Virus record (IMG/VR): IMGVR_UViG_3300037424_003017
Span: 1-50,998 of that record
From: a virus
Lineage: Duplodnaviria; Caudoviricetes
Reading direction: 5' to 3' (one strand)
Length of the DNA: 50,998 nt
Part shown: in pieces, positions 43,780 through 50,998 of the stretch
How positions within the stretch are numbered: position 1 is the stretch's first letter
Layout of the letters: the number at the start of each line of letters is the position of its first letter
Notes under the pieces: generated by a model
What the model saw: only the letters and a program-made list of their open reading frames with translations
The model's database searches: none
Told to the model about the DNA's origin: nothing
Made by a program: the position numbers and the translations under genes

Positions 43780-46022
43780 TGGCTATTACCCTGGGCGATG
43801 CGGTACTATATTTAGCCGCTAATGACAGCAAACTGAACTCCACATTGAAAGACGTCGAGTCTAAAACCATGAGTTGGATAGGTGGCTTGGGTGGGAAGAT
43901 TGCCATGGGACTGGGTGCGGTTGTCACAGCCGCGATCGGTGGTGCCGTAGCATTGGGGACAGCAGCTTTTGCTGCTGGCAACAAACTGGATGCAGCATAC
44001 GATACGCTATTAATCAAAACGGGGGCTAGTGGGGATGCTCTTGCTCAATTACAAGCCGATTTCAAATCTGTTTTTTCTTCTATTCCAACGGAAGCGGAGC
44101 CGGCGGCGAATGCGCTTGCATTAATTTATCAGAGATTAGGATCCACAGGCGAACAGTCTCAGACTCTCACAAAACAGATTCTAGAAATGTCACGCATGAT
44201 GGGGACAGACGCAACGGCAAGTGCTGAAACCTTCACGCGCATGATGGGGGATGCTGGCTTATCTGCTGAAGAAGGCTCTCTGATGCTGGATAAGATATTT
44301 GTTTCCAGTCAGAAATCAGGGATTGGACTGGACCGCCTCATGGGATTGGCAACACAGTTTGGCAGTCCCATGCGTTTAATGGGGTTCACCATTGACGACA
44401 CTATTTCTTTGCTCTCGAAATGGGAGAAGGAAGGCGTCAATACAGAACTGGTGATGGGGTCCTTGCGTATTGCAGCTGGAAAGTTTGCCGACGAAGGAAA
44501 ACCATTGCGTGAGAGTTTGCTGGAGACGTTCGAGTCTATCAAGAACAACAAAGACGCGACAGCCGCATTGAGTAAGGGGATGGATGTCTTTGGGGCTAAA
44601 GCTGGTCCCGATATGGTCGCAGCGATCCGCGAGGGACGTTTTGAAATCGATGATATGGTCGCGGCGTTGCAAGGTGCAGACGGTGCGATCCTTAAAACGG
44701 CAAAGAAAACCATGGACTGGGGGGAGAAGCTGACGATGTTGAAGAATAAAGCAACGTTAGCACTTGAACCTATCGGCATGAAGTTGATGGATGTCGCTTC
44801 TGCCGTACTTGACAAAGCAGGACCGGCTTTGGATTGGTTTAGTGGAATTATTGATAAGTTTGTCGTGCCGGCGTTGGATAAGGCAGTGAATGCTTTTGGT
44901 TATCTATTTGATCTTCTTGCGATTGGGGATAGTCTTTTCACTGTCTTTGAGGATGGCTCAACAGTCTTGGAAGGCTTCTTTACACGATTAGGCATGGGGT
45001 CGACGGATGCAGAGGCATTAGCTGGCAAGATCATCGAGATTGCCAGCGCAATGGAGCAGTGGATCACCGGCACCCTGATCCCGTTTGTGCAGGAACACTG
45101 GCCACAGATCCAGGGCGTTTTGCTGGGGATCGGTGCGGCACTGGCGGCAGCCGGCATCGTTTCCATCGTAACGTCTATTGGTGCCGCGATCGCGGCGGTA
45201 GGTGCACCTGTGTTGTTGTTGATCGGTCTGGCGGCGTTGCTGGGGGCAGCCTGGACCAGCAATTGGGGAGGCATCCAGGAAAAGACGCAGGCGGCCATTG
45301 AGTTTGTGAAAGGGATTCTGGATGGTGGGATGCAATTCATCAACGACCTGGTGAACGGTAAGCTGGGACTCTTGTCGTTGATCTTCACTGCCGCCTGGGC
45401 AAATATTCAATTGATCTTCGCTGCCTTCCAGGCAGGTCTGAGCGGTGACTGGCACCGGTTCGGGGAGTTGTTGCGCACTGCCTGGGATAACTCGTGGCGG
45501 GTGATCGGCGCGGTATTGCAAACAGCCTGGATCAACATCCAGAACGGTGTGCGGACCGGCATCCAGAACGTGAAGGATTTCTTCACGAAGATGGACTGGG
45601 GGCAGGTCGGCAGGAACATCCTACAAGGGATCGCGAATGGGATCACCGGTGGATTGAAGATCATCGCGGATGCAGCCAAAGCCGCGGCGACCACTGCGCT
45701 GGAAGCCGCCCAGGGATTCCTGGGTATCAGCTCGCCTTCGAAGGTGTTTGCTGAGGAAGTCGGCAAGCCATCCGCGGAGGGATTCGGCAAAGGATTTGCC
45801 GACCAGATGGGCAAGATGGGACCCGACGCGGGAGGTGCGGCGTTGAATTCGTTTGGCAGTGTGCCGACGTTCTCTGGCGGTGGAGGTGGTGGTCCCGTCC
45901 AGTTCACCTATGTGGACCAGCGTTTTATCTCATTGACCGATGAATTCGATGCTGAGCGGATCCTTGCTCCGATCATCGAACGGTTTCTGAACAACCGCGG
46001 ATACATGAAGGCGACAGCATGA
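43779..46022 (+). CDS. tape measure protein
   Basis: Ala/Gly-rich helical protein, Trp-spaced repeats, LGISSPSKVF. Confidence 0.92.
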   Translation: MAITLGDAVLYLAANDSKLNSTLKDVESKTMSWIGGLGGKIAMGLGAVVTAAIGGAVALGTAAFAAGNKLDAAYDTLLIKTGASGDALAQLQADFKSVFSSIPTEAEPAANALALIYQRLGSTGEQSQTLTKQILEMSRMMGTDATASAETFTRMMGDAGLSAEEGSLMLDKIFVSSQKSGIGLDRLMGLATQFGSPMRLMGFTIDDTISLLSKWEKEGVNTELVMGSLRIAAGKFADEGKPLRESLLETFESIKNNKDATAALSKGMDVFGAKAGPDMVAAIREGRFEIDDMVAALQGADGAILKTAKKTMDWGEKLTMLKNKATLALEPIGMKLMDVASAVLDKAGPALDWFSGIIDKFVVPALDKAVNAFGYLFDLLAIGDSLFTVFEDGSTVLEGFFTRLGMGSTDAEALAGKIIEIASAMEQWITGTLIPFVQEHWPQIQGVLLGIGAALAAAGIVSIVTSIGAAIAAVGAPVLLLIGLAALLGAAWTSNWGGIQEKTQAAIEFVKGILDGGMQFINDLVNGKLGLLSLIFTAAWANIQLIFAAFQAGLSGDWHRFGELLRTAWDNSWRVIGAVLQTAWINIQNGVRTGIQNVKDFFTKMDWGQVGRNILQGIANGITGGLKIIADAAKAAATTALEAAQGFLGISSPSKVFAEEVGKPSAEGFGKGFADQMGKMGPDAGGAALNSFGSVPTFSGGGGGGPVQFTYVDQRFISLTDEFDAERILAPIIERFLNNRGYMKATA

Positions 46023-47554
46023 CGGTTGTTCTCGATTATGCACCGCTGGGCGATTATCTCCCGATGGGAGATTACCGTTATCTGGGTGCCCCTACCCCGG
46101 GACGTCCGCAGTTGTTGTTCGGTATCCTGATCGATTGGGATGGCAACAAAGCCCATAATGGGCGTAACGAAGCCCGCTGGCTCAAGCCTGGCGGTTTGGA
46201 AGTTGATCGTGGACGTGAGACCTATCTACGCAGTGACGGGTCTGGTTTCCAGCGAATCGATACCGGGCGATGTTCGATCATGCTGGATAACAGCGATGGG
46301 CAATTCGACCCGCGCAATAATTCAAGCCCGCTCTACCCACACCTGTTAAACAAAGAGGAACGTGATGCCTGGGTGTATGTAAAGGATGGCGACTCTGGTG
46401 TCCTGTACGACTTGATCAAAGGCCGGCTTGTGGATTTCAAACCGATCAACGACCGGCGTGGGCGCAAGTCGTTCACGTTACATATCGAAGACGGAATTCG
46501 CCACTTGCACAAGAACAAGGTCAATGTGGATATCATGACTTCGGTCGATACCGTGGACGCTCTGGGTGCCTGCCTGGATGACGTGCAGTGGCCGTGGGGT
46601 CGCAATTTCGGATCATCGGTAGATACGATCCCATGGTGGTGGGTCTATAACCGCTATGCATATCCGGAGATCATGGATATTGTGGAAAGCGAACTTGGGA
46701 ATTTCTTCGTGGCGGCGAATGGCGATGCCACTTTCTTGAACCGGTTTTATTCAGACGCTGACCCGCTGACTTTGAATGGGTATGATATCAGTCCGGAAGT
46801 GAGTGAGAGCCAACCATCAGACACTGTCAAGGATCGTGTGATCCTGCGCATCCATCCCCGTATTTTGCGGGCCACTGCAACGGTGTGGACCATGCTGGAT
46901 GTACCAATCTTCATTGCCGACGGCGCCAGTAAGACCTTCTGGCCAGAATTCACCTATGACAACCGTCCCGTGCCAGTTCAAAACCCTTTGATCGCGGCGA
47001 CTACCGACTATACATTCTACGAAAACTCGAATGGCACAGGCACGGACCTGACCGCGGGTCTGGATGTATCTTTTACTCCTTTTGGTCAGGGGGGGAAGAT
47101 CGTTGCAGAGAACAACTCTGGGACGGACGGATGGATCATCGGAATGAAGATGCGCGGCGATGCGCTCGACTCTCCAGATGCTGTGCGTGCCCAGGCTGGT
47201 GACGGTCAGAACGTGCTCGAGATGGATCTGACCTGGCAACAGAAGTTCGGCTCTGGACAGGACAACGCAGACTATATCCACACGTTCTTATCCAACCCGG
47301 ATAAATACTATTTGACAGTCAGTATCCAGGGAAACCCGGAGAAGCAATTCAGCCGGGACCTCTATCGTTGGGTGGACCTGGCTCTTCCGAGCAAGAGTAT
47401 TAGCGACATGTTCCGAATATCGAAGATCAAACACAAATTACTCAAGCGGCGAGTCGTCGATACGACATTCTGGCTTGAGCCGACACTGGCATTTTCATCC
47501 TCAAACGAGACGCAATTGCCGTTCCAGTTGCCGGCACGATTTGGAGAACCATGA
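46019..47554 (+). CDS. tail/baseplate hub protein
   Basis: Follows tape measure; LDNSDGQFDP.N..SPLY and FFVAANGDATF motifs. Confidence 0.7.
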   Translation: MTVVLDYAPLGDYLPMGDYRYLGAPTPGRPQLLFGILIDWDGNKAHNGRNEARWLKPGGLEVDRGRETYLRSDGSGFQRIDTGRCSIMLDNSDGQFDPRNNSSPLYPHLLNKEERDAWVYVKDGDSGVLYDLIKGRLVDFKPINDRRGRKSFTLHIEDGIRHLHKNKVNVDIMTSVDTVDALGACLDDVQWPWGRNFGSSVDTIPWWWVYNRYAYPEIMDIVESELGNFFVAANGDATFLNRFYSDADPLTLNGYDISPEVSESQPSDTVKDRVILRIHPRILRATATVWTMLDVPIFIADGASKTFWPEFTYDNRPVPVQNPLIAATTDYTFYENSNGTGTDLTAGLDVSFTPFGQGGKIVAENNSGTDGWIIGMKMRGDALDSPDAVRAQAGDGQNVLEMDLTWQQKFGSGQDNADYIHTFLSNPDKYYLTVSIQGNPEKQFSRDLYRWVDLALPSKSISDMFRISKIKHKLLKRRVVDTTFWLEPTLAFSSSNETQLPFQLPARFGEP

Positions 47555-48093
47555 AAAGACTGATCACTGCATTGGACGTAGCACAGCGCGACGGTCAACC
47601 GAGCGTGCGCGAATGGATCCGGTATACCTCCATCCAGAAAAAGATGGAAGGATATACACCGGTAACTTTCAATGGCTCTGTGGATGGAGAACCAGTTTAT
47701 GCGTTCGTCAGTAATGGTCGATGGCTGGCTTTTTGTACCGAACCCGGATGCGATGGATGTGAGTATGTAGATCCTGGAGAACCGATTTTCTTCTGCATGA
47801 AATGCTCGAATGGGGAGAAAGGCAGTGCTCGCCAGGTGAAATTTCCGATACGACGCCAGGAATTGGAAGCCGCATTACTTGAGATCCGCATGATGCCTGC
47901 CGTGGGAGGCGAACTGGTCAATCGAGTATTCAACTCTCGACCAGAAGACCCTGCATTACGCAGGGACTGGATACCCATCGAGTTGCAGGATGACCCAAGA
48001 CTCAAGGGGCGTGTGCTTGTCACGGTGTATGGCGAGACGCCTGAGATGATCAGGATCAGGAAGAAGGAGCGTGAACATGCCGGCAACATTTAG
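47551..48093 (+). CDS. hypothetical Cys-containing protein
   Basis: GRWLAFC...GC.G.E..FFCMKC. Confidence 0.6.
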   Translation: MKRLITALDVAQRDGQPSVREWIRYTSIQKKMEGYTPVTFNGSVDGEPVYAFVSNGRWLAFCTEPGCDGCEYVDPGEPIFFCMKCSNGEKGSARQVKFPIRRQELEAALLEIRMMPAVGGELVNRVFNSRPEDPALRRDWIPIELQDDPRLKGRVLVTVYGETPEMIRIRKKEREHAGNI

Positions 48094-48679
48094 CCCAGTT
48101 CCCGTGGTCGCTACCGGTGACTGGATCACAGCTGGATGGGTGAACACCTATATAGGCGATAACATGTCGGCGATGTTTGTTGGGACTACCCCAGGAGACG
48201 TTGATTATTACCTATCGTCTGTTGAAAAAGGGCGCTTAGCGATCGGCGCAAATCGGACAATCATGGCTTCAAACGGCTCCGCCCCGTTTTGGAGCGACGA
48301 ACGGATAAAAACAGCTTTACATACCAATACAACTGGACATACCTATAACTCAACCGTGGAACGCGATATGCCCAATTCCAGCAACACGATCACATTGGTA
48401 AGAACCAGCACCATCATAGCGATTGGGAGAATCTTTGCGGCACATGTCTCTGGAAATATTTGGTCTCACTTCCGGTTCTCCGTCGATGGAGAAGTTGGAC
48501 CAACATCTGATCAGACTTATGGTGGAGCCAATGGATATACACGAGTTGTCCTGGCAAGGAAAACAGGAGTTGCCGCGGGTGTACGCACGATCAAATTTAG
48601 AGAACGTGAAGGATACGGTGCCGGGCTGACTTATACCGTCAGTAGTTTGCAATGGATCGCTATAGGGATTCCAGAATAG
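48077..48679 (+). CDS. minor tail protein
   Basis: V.TGDWITA..VN.YI.DN N-terminus; AAGGAG RBS. Confidence 0.65.
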   Translation: MPATFSPVPVVATGDWITAGWVNTYIGDNMSAMFVGTTPGDVDYYLSSVEKGRLAIGANRTIMASNGSAPFWSDERIKTALHTNTTGHTYNSTVERDMPNSSNTITLVRTSTIIAIGRIFAAHVSGNIWSHFRFSVDGEVGPTSDQTYGGANGYTRVVLARKTGVAAGVRTIKFREREGYGAGLTYTVSSLQWIAIGIPE

Positions 48680-48686
48680 GTGAAGC

Positions 48687-49757
48687 ATGGGTAGATTAGA
48701 CGATAGTGGCGTGCTGAAAGTGAATGGGACCGACTATCCGCTGGCTGAATATTTCAACCAGCTCTTTAGTGCGGCTCTGCTCGCAGGACAGGCGAACACA
48801 GAAGTAATCTCAGCGACAAAGACCCTCGATGATGGCGATTATCAGTTCCAGTTCCTGGATGGCGGCGCGGCTGACAGGGACGTGGAACTGGCGCCTGAGG
48901 CGACGACGAACCACCCATTCCTAATCAACAACACAGGCACAACCAACGACCTGATCATCAAGGATGATAGCGGGGTGACGACGTTCATCACACTTGTGCC
49001 TGCAGGCTGGGCGTTGTTCATGCCGTTGAACGCCGAGGGGTGGAAGATGATCGAGGGAAGAGACAGTCTCAAAACCTATTTTGATACATTGTATGATCCT
49101 TTGGGAGGCGGTACGGCCGCAGATATTTCTGGATGGATGGAGGTCACCGACACGTGGACGCGAACAGGTAATCATACTTTCACGATTCCGGGCGATGTAA
49201 CGGCAACCTATAGCAAAAATAAAAAAATAAGATACCGTGACGGCGGATCGGATGAGTATGGCGTAATCCTCTCTTCATCCGAAGCCGCTGGGACAACTAC
49301 CATACAACTTATGCCGAATTCGACGTATGCAATGGCGGCGGCGACCATCACAGACACCTATCTAAGCAACATAGAAAATCCTGATGGGTGGGATACTGGT
49401 TTTGATTATGGGGTTTGGACGCCCACCCTGACTGATCTCAACTCAAATACCAGCAGTTTGACAGCTATTGAGTGCCAGTATCATCGTGTTGGTGATACCG
49501 TACAGTGCAGTGGTGTGTTTCAAGCGGACGCTATTGCCACGACGCTGGTTAGTTTCAGGATGAGTCTCCCATTTTTCACAGCAGTATTCGACAGTGCAAC
49601 GACCAGATGCGGAGGGACATTATCTGATGGATCTGCGGGTGTGACCGGGCGTATAGGAGCAAACACAGCAAACGGTGAGGCAGATATTGCGTTTGTCCCA
49701 AACCTGACTACCAATCGGACATATTATTTTACATTCATGTTTAAGGTTGTTCCGTAA
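48687..49757 (+). CDS. tail fibre/receptor-binding-like protein
   Basis: Beta-rich; WTPTL..YHRVGDTV..SLPF tail-fibre C-terminal pattern. Confidence 0.65.
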   Translation: MGRLDDSGVLKVNGTDYPLAEYFNQLFSAALLAGQANTEVISATKTLDDGDYQFQFLDGGAADRDVELAPEATTNHPFLINNTGTTNDLIIKDDSGVTTFITLVPAGWALFMPLNAEGWKMIEGRDSLKTYFDTLYDPLGGGTAADISGWMEVTDTWTRTGNHTFTIPGDVTATYSKNKKIRYRDGGSDEYGVILSSSEAAGTTTIQLMPNSTYAMAAATITDTYLSNIENPDGWDTGFDYGVWTPTLTDLNSNTSSLTAIECQYHRVGDTVQCSGVFQADAIATTLVSFRMSLPFFTAVFDSATTRCGGTLSDGSAGVTGRIGANTANGEADIAFVPNLTTNRTYYFTFMFKVVP

Positions 49758-49758
49758 G

Positions 49759-50643
49759 ATGAAACCTAACAGTATGATTAAAGACGAAGCGGTGATGGGC
49801 GAGTTTCTCCGGGTGTATGAACCGGAGAGGAATGTGCATACGTTGGTCAACGGCATGCTCACCAAGCCGTCCTACGCTTTCACGCCTGAGCAGACGGCAG
49901 TGGTAATCCAGCAGAAGAAGATCCCGGACTGGAGTTTCTATCAAGGGGATGTGGATTATGCCAAGATGTCCGCCTTGACGAATGCCGGCGTTATCCGTGC
50001 CGGGCAGAACCTTTGGGTGGATACGCAATGGCACAAAAACTGGGCAGGCGCAAAAACCAAAGGAATGAAGCGCGGGGCGTACTGGTTCTATGATGACCGG
50101 ATCGATCCAGGCAGGCAGGCTGATAAGTTCATTGAGTTGCTGAGAGCCGACCCGCCTGAGATGGAAGTCTGGTGCGATTGGGAAAACAGCTACGGCGGAG
50201 CTTTCGGCAACCTGCGCGACGTGGTGGCGTTCATGGAGCGAGTAGAAGCCGTCGGGTTCAAGATCGGTATCTATACCGGTTACTACTGGTTCATTGCCCA
50301 CTCAAACCCGATCACCCATGCCAGCCAATACAACTGGCTCAAGACCCGCCCCCTATGGCTTGCCTGGTACACGACCAATGCATCGATTGTGTTGATCCCT
50401 GCGCCGTGGTCAGAGCTGTTCATGTGGCAGTTCGGGACACCGGCTGTCGGCTACGAGTATGGATGCGCCACGATCGAACTGGACATGAACTACATCAACA
50501 TGACAGAAAATCAATTTGCAATCAGATACGGCGGAACGACCACCACTCCCCCGCCGGACCCGACCGATCCGGATGCGCCGACCAGTGTTTTGATCAGAGT
50601 TGGCGGTAGAACCTATCAACCTAATGTAATAGAGGAGATATAA
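49759..50643 (+). CDS. GH25 lysozyme (endolysin)
   Basis: DWSFYQG.VDY, RGAYWF, DWE, GIYTG, LWLAWY, WQF, DMN. Confidence 0.88.
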   Translation: MKPNSMIKDEAVMGEFLRVYEPERNVHTLVNGMLTKPSYAFTPEQTAVVIQQKKIPDWSFYQGDVDYAKMSALTNAGVIRAGQNLWVDTQWHKNWAGAKTKGMKRGAYWFYDDRIDPGRQADKFIELLRADPPEMEVWCDWENSYGGAFGNLRDVVAFMERVEAVGFKIGIYTGYYWFIAHSNPITHASQYNWLKTRPLWLAWYTTNASIVLIPAPWSELFMWQFGTPAVGYEYGCATIELDMNYINMTENQFAIRYGGTTTTPPPDPTDPDAPTSVLIRVGGRTYQPNVIEEI

Positions 50644-50644
50644 C

Positions 50645-50998
50645 ATGGCACAAGGATATAAATGTATCGTATACGGTCTCAATGTTCGTCCCTTGTTTGA
50701 CATGGTAAACCCAGTCACTCTGATGAGGAAGGATGACCGGGTTTGGGGTCCTGCGACAACGATCAATGGGCTACTGCGCGTGACGATCAATAAGATCTAT
50801 CGTGCAAATGGAACCGTTGAGCCTTGGGAGAATTGCACAGTAGCGGTCAAGGATAGTTCCGGCGTGTATTTGCAGGCGATCCCCGACGTGGAACCGACGC
50901 CGACGCCTGATCCTGCTGAAGATCGTCCTGTAAAAGCGGTTGTCACCATGGCAAGCGGCAGGATCCACGAGGCGACGAACTTCACGGAAGTTGTGTGA
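50645..50998 (+). CDS. hypothetical protein
   Basis: GAGGAG RBS; ends in TGA at the window edge. Confidence 0.6.
   Translation: MAQGYKCIVYGLNVRPLFDMVNPVTLMRKDDRVWGPATTINGLLRVTINKIYRANGTVEPWENCTVAVKDSSGVYLQAIPDVEPTPTPDPAEDRPVKAVVTMASGRIHEATNFTEVV

Larger units (their letters stand above)
1760..50998. mobile_element. temperate siphovirus-like prophage (left end approximate, right end outside window)
   Basis: Integrase, repressor/Cro-like switch, replication, terminase, portal, capsid, tail, tape measure and lysin in canonical order. Confidence 0.93.

Noticed and set aside
1-50998. tRNA/rRNA genes and attR
   Set aside because: None recognised by eye; the prophage continues past the window edge.

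Overview
The window starts with three host genes (comF-like, hpf, folE). From about 1.78 kb to the window end it is a largely complete siphovirus-type prophage; the right att site is not in the window. The host looks like Chloroflexota (Anaerolineae-like), which is an inference from gene style and attC style. The modules are: large serine integrase; immunity switch; early/replication genes (ParB-like, RusA, initiator with iterons, membrane FtsK-like ATPase); LuxR-type late regulator; terminase, portal, head and tail genes; a glycosyl/methyl/acetyl-transferase cluster; and a GH25 endolysin. The standout is an integron inside the phage early region. An intact IntI (15824-16810) is followed directly by about 10 co-oriented cassettes (16811-20590) with unusual architecture. 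Nearly every cassette ORF reads through its attC site, and in six cases the attC loop encodes a C-terminal Cys-rich zinc-finger-like module. Six cassettes also carry a 5' leader holding an inverted, loop-less mini-copy of their own attC that co-varies with it base for base. All calls come from reading the sequence and motifs by eye; no searches were run.
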